64,000 nucleotides of DNA from Marsupella aquatica. Taxonomy: Eukaryota > Plantae > Marchantiophyta. The stretch spans positions 27,614,307 to 27,678,306 of the forward strand of contig OZ316892.1 of assembly GCA_973895155.1 (NCBI GenBank), written 5' to 3'. The notes below the pieces were generated by a model that saw nothing but the letters and a program-made list of their open reading frames with translations, had not been told where the DNA came from and made no database searches. A program made the translations under genes and the position numbers. Of this stretch, positions 1-13,745 are shown in pieces (position 1 is the stretch's first letter; each line of letters begins with the position of its first letter).

Positions 1-3000
1 TTGCACAATGGGGCGTGGATATCTACTGTAGCTAATACTAGCTAATTACTACAGCCTAGTACAATCATCATTTCCCTTGAAAACCGTGTTCCGGTGAAGC
101 AATGAGAACAGATTATTTATATGCTTTCCCTCTAATCTTTCTACTGTTGGAAAGTGACGCCACTATTGACACACCGGTTGCTATATGGATATTATAGGAT
201 TGGATGGACACACTCCTAAATTATGAAGGGTCAATGGAGCATAATTTAACATAAACTACGCGCCTAGATCTAGAACTGGTGGTAAAAAAGCGGTATAGGT
301 GATATATCAAAACCACTAAATTAAAAATATGGAAAAGTTGCTCCTTGTTGGGGAACAACTCCTCTTATGGCTACTGCCATTCCTTTTGTTTATAGGGGTT
401 CTGGGAATCCACTTTTTGTGGTCCTGGTTTAACCCTCTTCCTAGTATGTGACCTGTGGGATCCCTGAGTATTGTCTCCCTTGTGGGTTTCTTACAGTGGT
501 CTATATATCCTCTGCTGGATGGGTCTACTTTTGGCTCACGGCACAAAGCAGGTGACAATGAGGAAACACATGAAACTGAAAGAGCCAATTAAAGGAACAC
601 AAACTGCAGCACCGTGCTAGGTATACATCAGCTAAGCATATGTAAATATGTAGCTTTGACAACTCATTCATTGTGCTATCTGCCTACTTGCCCAACTTAG
701 ACATCATTTTAAAGCAACAAAAAAACAATTAATTATTCTTTGAATTTTGCGACCATTTCTTCCAAGTATGCCTGTTGTTGGCGCATTCTTGCATACCTTG
801 TGTTTTGAATGACTGGACCACAACTACATTGAGCCAACTCTTCAACGTTCAAAGTCAATTGGAGTATGTAATGGGCTGAAAAGCCAACATATATAGAGTG
901 TCAGCAAAAATCATGGGAAAATGTTTTCTGCTTGAAATTATTATGATTGCAATATTGTTGGACAAACTGAAAGTCATGTTTACTTAAACCACACCTCCCC
1001 TTTAAAGGCTACAGGTTACCTATAGCTGTTATTAAATTAAAGTAGCTTTTCTTTAAATCATGGAGTAAACTGACATGGTAGAGGAGAACAGAGAGTGTAC
1101 TATGGAATAAAGGAAGGTCTTGGACACTATATGGCCGGTGGTGATTTAAAACGGTAATACTGATATTAAGCAAAAGAGCTTCAGGGACTAACCAACACCA
1201 AGTTCAAACCAAGGGGGCAAATGCAAACTACAGAAAACTATTAAAAAAAGAGAAAGTAGAGTACTAGGGTTATTGCTTTTCAAGGTTGACCAGTTTAACG
1301 GCATTAATTTTTATAAAGTGAGATAGATTTTGCCTCGAGATTTGCTATTTTTCTGAGCAGCTTTTTAGACATTTTATACTGTAGAGATCTGTGATGATCG
1401 ATTATTATTCGCTCTTTGCCAAAGTACCAAAGGTGGGGAATAATGGTCGACTGGGCCGTATCTGCTGTCAATTTGTTTCCACGCAGCTTTTAATCAATTT
1501 CCTTGGCCGGCTGCTGCGCAATTCTCCCGTTCTGCACACTTTGAGCCATGAACGTCTGCGCTGGACACGGCTTAAAGAACTAAAGAGGAGGAAAGAAAGA
1601 GTCTTCGGTCGAGTCAATCATGACGCAGTAACGCTTCAACAATGAGCCCTCACACTCTCACTCTGTACAGTGAATTGGCGAGCTTTTGCGCACTTAATCA
1701 AAGCTACTTTTCTTGGGACTACGTAAATGCTCGGTAGTGCCCTCGTGATCAGGCTCGACTGGCCTCAGTCTTGCTTGACGTAATCCATGGGCAATCCGTG
1801 TCCACTACTGTAGACATTTGATGAAAGACATATTGTCAACTCATTCACAAGGAAAGTCGCGAAACGGTAGAATGAGAGGGCAGGAATGGACTCTAGGTGT
1901 GCAGCTTACTGAGCATGCGAAAGAACGATGTACTGGAGGCCAATGTGAAACGACGGTCCTTGCTGAGCTCACAATGGTTCGATCATACTACGATTAATTA
2001 GTCCGAGACGTGAGTGATCTATTGACCTCAGTCGGTCCTTGTACGTGACGGCCGCCAAGAGGGACACGAAAATCATTCCTTCCAATGATTTCATGAGTGA
2101 AAAGCTGTGTAGTCGGGTGTGTACACGCTTTCATAATAATGCTTTGACGAAATGTGAGTCTTCTTTCTCTCTCTTTGTCTCTCTTTCTCTCTCTCTCCGT
2201 TACGGAAAGTGTCCAAGAATTTGTATCACGCCTTCAGATTCTTGCAAAGTGAGTTATGATTATAATGGCCCTCGAATACACAGTACAGGAGACGCTTCTC
2301 TACTTCTGTATATCTTTTTCTAACCTGCTCTGATGCTACGATGTTGTGACTTAAGTTTACGAAGGATGCAAGACAATGTAACGGGTTTATACGCAACCCC
2401 ATTGGGTGTCAATGATACGAAATGGATAGTATAGTCAATTCAGAAGCAAAGGGACAACTGAAAAAGAAAATGGTCGATCCAAGTTCAATGATCGATTAGC
2501 GCCCTCCTGATTCAAATTAGGTAGTCTTTGACCATAAATCGAAGTTGTCTAACAAGCGTCAGTACGTGTAGAGCAGTGACGAACAGTGTGAATTGTCTCG
2601 AGGATGAACCTCAGTGAACTCCTTATCTTCAATTTGTCAAATCGTTTCATCTGGTGCAGGGAGTTAATTTCCTGCAAATCACATAACGGAACCAGTCACT
2701 CTTGCCACTGGCTCATTGACTACGGCTTGAAACCCAGGAGACTACAAAAAATTAGTTAGTCTTGTCTCTGGCACATGCTGCTTTGCATGCTATCAGTTGA
2801 TGTACTTAGCCTCGGACCATCTGTAAACCTTTACAATCATGGCATTCTCACACATAGTACTATACTAACTATGTATCAAGTCATGTCGTTGTCTAGACTA
2901 GTGGATGGTGGCAGTGTCGCAGTGATTGGGGAAGTGCTCGTTGTCGCCCATGTAAATCTAATTATGTGCTTCAAACTCTAACACGAGTATCCACTGTTGG

Positions 3001-6000
3001 GACTCAGACTTCAGAGCCCGAAAGAAATTCAAAAGAGCCTTCCCAAAAAGCCCACCCTTGCTAGTTCCCAGATGGAGCATAGATTCAAATTAACTGTATG
3101 TGGGCCCCCAGTCGTTAATTTTGTCTCACTTCCTACTGGTAGTCTGCGAGTACACTGTACCCAAATTGCATCGTCAGGCTATCATAAGTGCTCACTACCG
3201 TAGCTGCGATTCTTGCACGCTGAGCCTATGTGTGGCATTGATGATTGATGCCGAAACCACGCTGAAGCCTACTTGGACTGTGTAGTGTCGACAATACGGT
3301 CCCTGGCTGCAGAGTACTGTACTGTACTGTACTACACGGTCCTCGTACACAATCATGTGGCCTGGGACAGTATCCAGAGTTTCCTTACTCGTACCATTGT
3401 CCCAAGTTACAACTCATCACAAGATCACAAAACAGTCAAGGATCAGTCAACAGCCATCCCATTCTCACGATCAACACTGCGCTGATCTCTCTCCCACTCT
3501 GCTCACCGCCCGAGTTGGATCCCTTGATGGAACCAAACCTGGAGGACAACAGAGTCTCGGCTCTCTTCACGAATCACGATTGCACCCCTGACCTTTGACG
3601 ACATTGCAGTCTCCGTCATTCCAAGGCCCTGGTACGGTGGTATGTTGTGTGTGTACACCATGATTATGCTCAGAAGGCTGCAGCAAAATGAAATGAGAGG
3701 ATTTCCAAACACTGCTGCTGTTTGAAACTTCCAACAAACAGACTCAGAGACAAGCTAGCCAGGCAACCACAGACACTCAGACAGCCTATGGCATTGTGGG
3801 CCCCGAGGCAGCTGAGACGTAACACATACCATGCAACTGCACCAACCTTGTTAGTGGGTCACGAGTGATGACACAGAGAAGCAACCCATCGATCCTGTGA
3901 AGTATGCCAATTTGATTGATGCCCAGATGCACCAACTTAGTAGGTCTCATAGCACCTGTACCCATCTGCGTGAGCTGACATGGAGGCCACTATACCACCT
4001 GTGAGTCAGTGAATTGTGTCGAGGAGACTAGACTAGTGAATGTTTGACCAGGAAGTCATGCTTCAATGCTTACCACAGTAATTTTACCTCACTGTCATTC
4101 ACATTTGAGTCCAAAGTGTCTAGATAATAATTATGCCATCCCAGCAAAGGTTATTGTAAGTTGTGTCTGGTTTCGGGTTTCGGGTCCTTAGTTGGGGACT
4201 TGCAGGCTTTTTGGCTCTTTGGTCTTCTTGGCTGGGGTTTTCCTTTTGTTTATCCCAGGTTGGTTTCATATATATAGCAAGAGGGTGGGCCAGGTCGGTT
4301 GATAAAGTGGAATTGGCAGGAAGAAGGACAGCCATCAAAATTACCTGCATTTTTCCCATCCATCAGATATTCAGATCACTCAAACTAATTATTAGTTTTC
4401 GGGGCAACTTAAGAAGGCAGTTTGGGGGTAGCTTAGTAAACACCAGAAAAGAGGGGAGGGGAAAGGAGGGACGTACAGGACAGTGGAGGACAGGAAAGTG
4501 GCTGAGACTACCTTACTTATAAAAAAAATGATTGAAAAAAAATCAATTGCCCAATGGGCTAAGGGTCATGAAGATTCCAGGGGGCTTCAATGACATGCTG
4601 TCCTGTTTGGCTACACTCTTTGATGTCAACTACACATTGTCCAACTCCTATTCTGCACATTAACTTCTGCATCCTTTGCACACCCAATACTGTCATTTTC
4701 AGTTCGGTGTCAACTTTGCTAATTGCCCATTGTATGACGCTCAGATGATCACTGTTTTAAGACAATCCAAAAGCATTCGAAGGGTTGAATGATATGATTA
4801 GAACTAGCTTCCAGGCATATTGGCCTAGTGAACACATTCAAACCAACTCAAAGCAAAGTTTCATTATTTTGCTGTGCTTTTTGTGGAATGAAGGGGCAGT
4901 GAGACCTACAAAGATCTCTCAGAGCAATTAATGTTGGCTTGAATCTTTATGGGAAGGCTTTATAAAACTTCAAGACTGGCTTATTCCACCTTTTGTGATT
5001 TGCCTAGGTGACAAAGTATAGACGCGGGTCACGGAGATACTAGTAAGTTTTTCATCTTGAATGGCTGTGTGGTACACCATGTACTCCCTGTCTTCTGACG
5101 TATGCTAAATTACACTTCAATACTTTAATGCCCAGCTGTTCCTGTCTGCATATTCTCTGTGTTCAAGAATAGTCCAGACATATATTTTCTTAATCCGAAA
5201 GAACCTCGGGTGCGTTTAGCCTTACTGGGCATGGATTACCTGTTCAAAGTGGTGGAAATAAACCATAAATTATGGATAATTAAACCTGTTCTTTCCATCC
5301 GTATCAGTCTGCACACTATCTTTATCTGCACATTCAAATCCTTAAAGTTCAATTCATGACATTTGCAACAACCAAGTTTGATAAAAGGGGGAATTTTGCT
5401 TTTCCAATTCCAGTAATATATATATGTATCTAATTTGCTTCCAACCATGCAACCCATTAAAATTACAATTTCACTATTTCTTCTTATTTTGTGCAGTAGA
5501 ATAAGACAGTCATGAACGAGCTGAAAAACTTAATATATCTCCACCATGGATTTTAGGACCTCGAATTTATAGATCATATCTCCAAAGTATGACTGCAAAG
5601 GACATTCTGTATGGAACAAATGCAATAGTGTTTGCTAGTGATTTCTAAAGTGGAAAGTAATGAGAGACCTTGGATGTCTGGGAGAGTATGGTAGGTGCTC
5701 ATCTTCTGGGGTGAGTGCTTACCACACTTATGCTAGAGGGGGGTCTACCAAGGGTATAAGGGGTGTGAATATCTCTCTCTCTTGATCGAGGACTCTCATA
5801 TCCTTCTGCTCTTGGGCCTTCTTGTGTTTTCCTTGGTTTTCTCCCTTTTATTGGGTTTTCTGCTTTGGGGTCCTGGAATGGGTGCTTTCTGTTCTTTGGC
5901 CACATTATGTAATCTTTGATGGACATTCTGACTCTTAAATCTTAATGGGTCCAGTTGGTGACCTTCCTCAATCTGAAAATTGTTTATAATTGACATAAGT

Positions 6001-6653
6001 AAAAAGATGGATGAAAAACAAGTATAAACCTTAGGGCACAGCCTCAGGCTTTGGTAACAGAGTAAATTTCAGTAATCACGAGCATAATCCGGTAAACAGT
6101 AAAGGCAAAATAAATCCTTTAGTTGAAATTTGAAATTACCATTTTAATTCCTTATTTGAATGCGCCATGTGCTCTTTGAACCTTTGCAGTAACTCATTTA
6201 ATGTAATTTATGAGTTTCTGTACCCTTTTGTTTCAATCTACCATACACCATGCATGCATGTATAACATAAATAGGGAATCAGCATCACTCTACAATACAC
6301 CATGCATGTATATTATGGTACTCGGCTGCTGGTGAATAAATCAGGACACGGTATCCCATGACTAAGAAAAGGACAGCCTCTGTAGCGATTAATCAATGCC
6401 GTTCAATCTTCCCAAAAGGCTGATTTCACAATATGCACTATTAAGACCGGTTCAGCTTTCCCAAATGGTTTATTTCCGGATCTGGAGAATCAAGACCTGG
6501 TGGTGACTCTGCTCTTTGTTCATGAATAAAGTTGGGACTAAAGGACCAAGTCTAACCAATTATATTTGGTTTAAGAGTTGAGACTCTCCATTATATTATG
6601 GTGAGTGTTTCTGCAAGTTCCTTTCATTATGTAGAACTGAGGCTTTATCCTCC

Positions 6654-6656
<3 letters not shown>

Positions 6657-6702
<46 letters not shown>
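6657..6702. repeat. (TA)n microsatellite
   Basis: Run of about 23 TA dinucleotides read directly. Confidence 0.95.
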
Positions 6703-6707
<5 letters not shown>

Positions 6708-7964
6708 GTTTGTCTTGCTTCAAAGGACTCAGATATTCACTATTCTTTATAGGGGTGAATCAGCTAGTTTTAGAGACTACAACTGGATTCAGTTGCGTGA
6801 CCCTCCTTTGTAGTTCACAGGGGAACTCTGCCATGTTTTCAGTTTAGCAATAGGTAGGGTTGGGGTTTGGGGTATCTATCTTTCACCTTTACCATGTCGT
6901 ATGTCCACATTTATGGAAGACACGATGTGGGTCAAAATGAATCCCTCAAGTCTTGGGTAAGTCCCTTTAGATATTTTACCTTTCTTGGGAGAGTTGGCAG
7001 CAGATACTTTCTGGCTATCTTCTACTTCCTGGATATCCGTGAATCCATTAAGAGAAACAGAAGATACTCTCATGCCAAGTTTTGCAAGAAGTCTGAAAAT
7101 TCTCGAATGTCCCGATTTTTTCTTAATGTATTTTAACTTTTCCAGTCTGTCACCACAGTGAAGTTGACTGTACAAATCACCAATAGCTTGGGTCCAATGA
7201 ATCCATGGAAGACAAGAATAGCTTGGGTTGAATACTTGCAGGGCAGGCACCAAATTGTTCAAGGGACACCCACGTGCTTAATTATCCGACTGCCTTCAAT
7301 GCCATGAGAACTCCAATGGCAGGCCTGTCTGCTTTGTGATTTGTGTCTTTGGCGTTGAGTGCCTTTCACTCCCTATACAAAATGTGGAAACTATGTACTG
7401 TTTGCGTTCAGCACTTCAGAGCCTCTCCGGAAAATCAACGTGCATATCTCACTACATATCTGTAAGTACAGCGCTAGTGTTTCTGGTTGGGAAGTTTTTC
7501 TCACTCTTTAAGTTCAGAACTTTCACTCTATCTGTCAACGGGGTAAGTGAAAAGAACATGATGAATTCGACGTTTGGGAAGGGAAACTGAGCTCCATGAT
7601 TATTCCCTGTAATCCAGCCAGAGGAATGGTATTGTCTTCTCTCGTAAGGCCGATTCAGGTTTTGTAAATAGTTTATTTGAGAGCTCAAATGTTTCATCGT
7701 TTGGGCTTTCTTTATGACTTGCTTGCTCTTCACATAAGTTGTATTGTTTTGGCCCCTTCGAACTAATTCTCGGGGTAGCTGTAACAGAAGTTTGAGCTGA
7801 CACTGGAATACTCTTTGTTAAAAATGTGATCCTGCCCAGAAACGTGGGTTCGGATGTCGAACAATGATTTAGACCCCACCTCACACATACACCCACCACG
7901 CGTGGGAGAAGTTTCATTTCAGCACCCTCTGTTGTTTTACACTGTAATCTAGTAACTACAACAG

Positions 7965-10900
7965 TCACTGCCCATCCCTGCCTTCTCGTGCAGCTTTGGC
8001 CTTGGATAAAGCAGCTTCCCTGTCTGCAGCCTGCCTTGACATGCGTTCACTTCTCTCTTGCCTTTCCCTCCTTTTCTTGTCATCTTCTGGTCGCTTCTTG
8101 GCATCGGACTTCTTCTGCAGAAAGACCGCCACAACGGGTATATGTTATCCCAACTACAATGAACTGCGCCAATAACATTAGGATCTAAGGTTTTTCAACA
8201 CAAGCTAACTTGAAGAACATAATCCAAGCTTATGCAGATTCTGATATTCTGAGCGCCAAAGGCAATGTGCATACCGCAACTGGCTTGACTTTCTTTGTAC
8301 TTGAAATCGACGGAGATGTTGGACCAACGTCTGGGATATTTTGCGTTGATTCTGGTTCTGCCGGTTGTTGATGACTATCCTTTTCAGACTCATACGAATC
8401 AATCATATTCTTTTTTATTTCTTCGAACTGCACTTCAAACAGGCGAGTTAAACAACAGCAGAGGATATCCTTATCATATACTCAAGCTACTGAAAGAGTG
8501 TTGAGGGCAGTTCGAATGATTGAAAGAGAAAGAACCTTCTGTGCTCGCCAGTGATTCTCCCAAGTCCTGTCTCGTAGCTTGTCAAAAAACATTTCTTGTC
8601 CTTCCAACAGTGCTTTGATCTCAGATTTTTTTCTTGGATTCTTCAAGTCTTCCTTGCTCCAATCAGACTCGTGAACCGGTTTGTCAATTTCGTTTTCCTA
8701 AAAGCGAGCACTAGAATTAGAATGCCAAATACCAGGTTTCGCATGATGGAACTGAACTTCTTAGACCCGTACAGCAGGGTTAGTTTAGAAGGATCTCAAA
8801 TATCAAGCAAGGTTTAGAAGGATCTCAAATATCAAGCAAGTCTAGAAAATGGATGACAAGTATAGAACAGGTAAACAGTATCGCAGTTGTGAACAGAAAC
8901 CACGTGATAAGCAGGAATAGCTCTCAAAGAAGAGCTTACCAACCAGTCTGCTGGTCTCGGAGGAACCAAAAGTTGGTTAACCTCTTCTACGATCTTCATT
9001 TTGGCCTTGTAGTATGGAGGATCGGTTACGATCACTGGATCATTTGCAGCTCTCTCAGGATCCTTTATAAACATCGCCTGTCGTCATCACAACAAAAAGC
9101 TAAGCTGACGGTCCAAGAGCAGTTCGTTGTTCTGATAGCATCATTTATGACATATTTCAACAGCTTGGTTAAAGCTCAGAGATAGACGACTACGATTACC
9201 CTAATCATCACTAGAGAAACATTACAACTTTACGACCTGCTAAATAAACAGCAATGACTGCTTTATTCATAATATAAGATCCTAACTCAAGCTATTCGCC
9301 ACTGGATGTTTCAAGCTGAAAGGCAAACACAACAAGACTGCCACTCCAAAATGCATCTTTCCGGATCCTACCATCTCAATTGGGTTCAGAGCAAAACTAA
9401 CTAGGCCATATTGCACTGCTTAAGTAAAATTTCGCACCTTCTGTAAGGTCTCCCAACCTGGTTCTCTTCTTGCAACGTCCTGCCTGATAAGGTCATACTC
9501 CCTCGAATCCTGCCAAAATTTGAAGTCATGATATTACGTACCAAACTTGCATCATGGCCTGTGAAGTGGAAGGTGTCGCATTCAACCAACTACCCGTCTG
9601 TCACAACATTAGACCAAAACAGCAGAACGCACTATACGGAAGCAGTACCAAAGACGCTTTTAATTGACCACAGTTCACACCTTATACTTCGCCATTGCAG
9701 CTTGCTTGATTTCCTCATCATATTGGATATCGCGTTCTAGTTCATCTTTTCCAAACATTTGGAATGCTGCCATTGCGGGATCTCCTATCACTTTACTTGA
9801 TGGCTGTGGAGAACAAATACAGTTACTAATGAGACCGGGTTGCAATAACGTAACCGACTGGACAGTGGGTGTAACTGATTCGAAGAGAGACGTAGAACGA
9901 AATCCCTCGCAAAACAGTAGAAATAAGTTTGCACTGCCTTTCACCCCAGCTAGTGACTGTGGAGGAAATGAGAAAGCTCAGACAGTCTTCCTGGAACGAA
10001 AACTCCCTAAGAAATCAAACTAGAACCTGAAGCTGTTCCTTGTCTAATCCGTGTATACTCTTCAATTATACTATTATTGTTAGTATATTCCACAAAGTGA
10101 TTGATAACTGCGTCAAGCGGTACGTCATGTGCCAACCTCCGAGAAAAGACACGGAAATACCTCAGGCTCAGGAGGATTAATTTTCCGATAAGCATCCCAT
10201 GCCAGCCAAGGGGCACCCATGGTCTGTAACCATGCAAAACAACAGATTTTCAGTGATGTGAAAAGGTCAAGGTTCTCCTAATGTGAAAGTAGCAATCTCA
10301 TGTGCCAACCAAATCCATTACTAACCTTAGCAATGGTGAATTTCGGTACCCATGCATTGCCTGTGCAGGTGATGCACTTCATCACCCCCTGCCAAGATAT
10401 AAAATCCCCAAACATTTGAATAACTGTGCGGGTAGAAAAAATGAAGGGGATTGGAAGAAGATAAGACCACGTTTCAAACAACGTGCCTTGTTCCGACTGT
10501 CAATAATGACAAACAAACAAGATCGAATGGCTGGAAAACACTTCAATTATTAAGTCCATAATGTGATTTCTCTCGAGTCATTAGAGTAAATGCAAATCAC
10601 CCGAAACAAGATAATCGCATGTATAACCTACGAGAAGAAAGGAGAGTCAATAGATGGATTGAGAGAGTACGCGGATCATACACTTCCATCACATTCGGGG
10701 CAGTCAATGAATGGGAAGGGTAAGTCCAAATTGTTGGTCTGCGCAATATATTCAATTTCTGCACGACCTTGCAATGCAGCGGCTGCAATACTTTGGCTGC
10801 TTGATCTCTCAGTTCTGTCAGAGTATCATGAACAACGGATCGACTGAAACTATTTATATCAAGTATTGACAGGAACAAATCGAAACCAACGGTCTCACCA

Positions 10901-12111
10901 AAGTTGTCATTCTTCAGGTGCAGAGTCTCCAAATATAGAAGCAAGAAAATTCCAAGATAATTTCTGAACATCGGAAAGATTTAGACGGGCAGGTACTGAA
11001 CTTCTTTGCATTTCTATGCATGTACCGTAAGGGGCCTAGAGAGATCAGAAGATATACTCGGTAAGTGAAGAGTCGTTGATGTTGTACCGAACTTTCCCTC
11101 TACCGATACAAATTTTGCAACGCAATCCTTCCCATCCATTGCAGGTCGAACATTCCCTGCGCCGATTCAGTACACAAATGATTCAAGAAATTTGAACTCT
11201 CATCTCTCTTTGTTTGAAAGAGAGTTAAATAGCACCAACCAACTTAGGACAATGCTCAAAATAATTCGCACGAAGAAATGGGAAACCTTCCCGACGCTAG
11301 CTAGACATTGTATTGGTTTTGTTTTGATACAGGCTCTTTACCGAGAACATAAAGCAGTTAAGTTTCCCCTCCTTCTCTCGAAATCAGCGAATGTTTACGT
11401 GACTTACTTCTTGCCCCAGATTTTTCCTGCGAAGTCAAACGCCACAGACGCTGCCCCAGCTGCGGCTACAGTCTGCATTCATGAGCTGGATTGCTGAGAA
11501 TCAGAGGCCCAATGGGAACATCAACGGAATCTTACCGTCCACTAGTCCAGAATTTCAAGGGAACGAATGAAGGAATTAAATAGGATTTGGAGTTTACGGG
11601 ACCCAAATGAGCCATGGGACCAACACAGAACAAACGCTTGGGGAGGAAAACAAACATAACGCAATCCACAGAAGGTAGGCAGAAGATCTAGTTCCCGAAT
11701 CTTGGCCAGGTGTCTAGCGGAGTGACCTACAGCTTGCTGAGCGTACTGTGACAAAAAAAGCAATGCCAGATTGATGTGCCTCTGAAAACAGATAAAGTCA
11801 AAGCAAATTCAATTCAGCAAAATTAGCAAGTATGGGGCCGGAAGAAATGCGAAAGGGCCACAGATTGCAAAGAAGCAGATGGTCAAAGCCAAGGTTTGCG
11901 AAAAAAAACAGAGGCAGAGACAGAGGAACCCCACCGCGACACCAAGTGAGGCAGCCGACGACACGAGCCTGGGAACCCCGAAGCCAGTTTTGGCAGCATC
12001 ACGGACATCCCATTGCAACTCGAACGCAGTCTCCTTCAGCAGCTCCGCCACCTGAGCTCCCCTCTTCCTCGCTTCTCCGGCCACCTTCACCCAATTATTC
12101 TTCAAATCCAT
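7965..12111 (-). CDS. EMB2737/EMB64-like protein with DnaJ-type zinc fingers (about 12 coding exons)
   Basis: Manual GT-AG splicing gives MDLKNNW...GFGVPRLVSS / TVAAAGAASVAFD / ECSTCNGWEGLRCKICIGRG / DCPECDGS / GVMKCITCTG / APWLAWD / DPAMAAF..YDEEIK / YDLIRQDVARREPGWETLQK / KDPERAANDPVIVTDPPYYKAK..PPRPADW / DWSKEDLKNP..WENHWRAQK / charged tail, with the stop at 7965-7967. This is collinear block by block with the plant EMB2737 family as recalled. Four CxxCxG motifs are present. Confidence 0.85.
8783..8840. repeat. 29-bp tandem duplication inside an intron
   Basis: gtttagaaggatctcaaatatcaagcaag occurs twice in a row. Confidence 0.9.
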
Positions 12112-12794
12112 CTCCTCCCTTCCTCTCACCTAATCCGTCTCCGTCTATGGTGGATAGCACTACGGATTCGCGGATAGAAGAAGAGGGTGCACAGGAGAAC
12201 TGCATGAATCCATCGCCCAGTTCCAGCGCATCGAGGGTTCAGGGTTTCGGTTCATCATTCATTTTATTTACTGTGTAAAATCGATTCTGCCAAACAGGTG
12301 GGTCTTCCCCAGTACCCAATATTGAGACCCGCAATTCCTCGGCTTTCCTCGAGGCCGTGAAGGCTTCCACGACCTCCCAATATTGAGACCCGCAATTTCT
12401 GTCACTCTTCGTTCAGTGGGCTCTGTACAGCGTACACTACACCAACAGTAGTACGGTAACTCTCTTCACAAAGTTAGCTAACCACAGTTCACAAAGTGGA
12501 CTATCTCTTCACAAAGTTCGCTAACCACAGTTCACCCAGTGGACTGTATGCACTGCACAGTACTGCTGCAGAGAGGAGAAAAAGTAAACTCTAAAACTCA
12601 TCGATTACTAATTGTTTATTTGGAATTTCGACTGCCACAATTCAGGTGTCTGTTTGAACAACCATGTATCATCAATAGGCAGTGTTGGATATGTCCGCAA
12701 ACCCCTCATGTATTTTTCCTTTGTATTTTTGTTGATAGAAATTATGAGACATTACCTTGCGGGTGAAATATCCTTGCGGGTTATATATAAGATA

Positions 12795-13745
12795 ATACAG
12801 GTCTGGTTTGGGGTTACTAGCCTGTAACCATGTGACCAAAAAGTGAAAAAAAAACCCTGATTGGCATCACTTAGGAAGGTTTTTTGAGCTTTCTTGGAAC
12901 AGGGTTCAAGCTAGAACCCCAGCCCCTACATGCATTATAGTATGTAATGCATGTCCAGAAAAAGGTCACTTTTGGGCAACAGATTATGGGAATAACAAAG
13001 GCCTCTAGAAATGTTTACATGCTGGTCACTTGCCTTCCTAACAGAATTTATGAAGCGTTAACTAGGGATTCTCAGATTTGAATAACAACACATGTAAGGT
13101 CCAAGTGGCAAACCGTGGCAGATTATAGTTTTGGAGTGTAGAAATGAAATGAATGTTTAAAAAAGGCACTCTGGGCTTACACTCAAAAACTCATTCAAAG
13201 TTGGGGATAATAGAGCCAGTCAAAACTGAGCCGTAAGTGGGATTAAACCAAGGACATAAAATAATTTTATGACCAGGACAAACCTTATATATAGGCTACC
13301 TATTTACATGCCCCATAAAATTCAGACATCCAGAAAGTCAAAGTCCTTGCTTATGACAATGCTGACACTCCTTAATTATGGGCTATAACCCTCTTGGGCT
13401 CACCAACATCACACATTACATCCTACTAGCCAGACCATTGTTCTTTTGAATCTAATTACTGGGGAATACAAAAAACCGTGCTAGAAAAAGATTGTTATTA
13501 TTTCACACATTTGTGATTTGTCCCATTCCCAAGTAAAATGATGTAGACAGAATTATAGAGTCTTCACTCTAGGCCAGAAAAGTATAGGATAATGACGATC
13601 TGGTCTAGGGTTGCTAGTCTGTAACCCTCTGGCCAGAAAGTGAGAACCCTCTGACCAGAAAGACAGAAAAGTCTAACTAGCAACAATCTTGGGAAACTTT
13701 TAAAAGCTTTCTTGGAGCAAGGTTAGGCTAGAACCTTACTCCAAA
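12795..13745 (+). repeat. Two copies (about 12795-12925 and 13597-13745) of a dispersed repeat; a third, inverted copy lies at about 39630-39752
   Basis: Shared pattern tctgg..gggttrctag.ctgtaacc..tg.cca.aaagtg...agctttcttgga.ca.ggtt..gctagaacc. Confidence 0.7.

Noticed and set aside
1-7500. Short ORFs in the left intergenic region (e.g. 4163-4522, 6876-7262)
   Set aside because: No recognisable motifs or consistent splice structure; probably old repeat debris.
11661-11781. Extra exon in intron 1 of the EMB2737-like gene
   Set aside because: The candidate is 121 nt, so it would shift the frame, and the protein aligns to the family without it.
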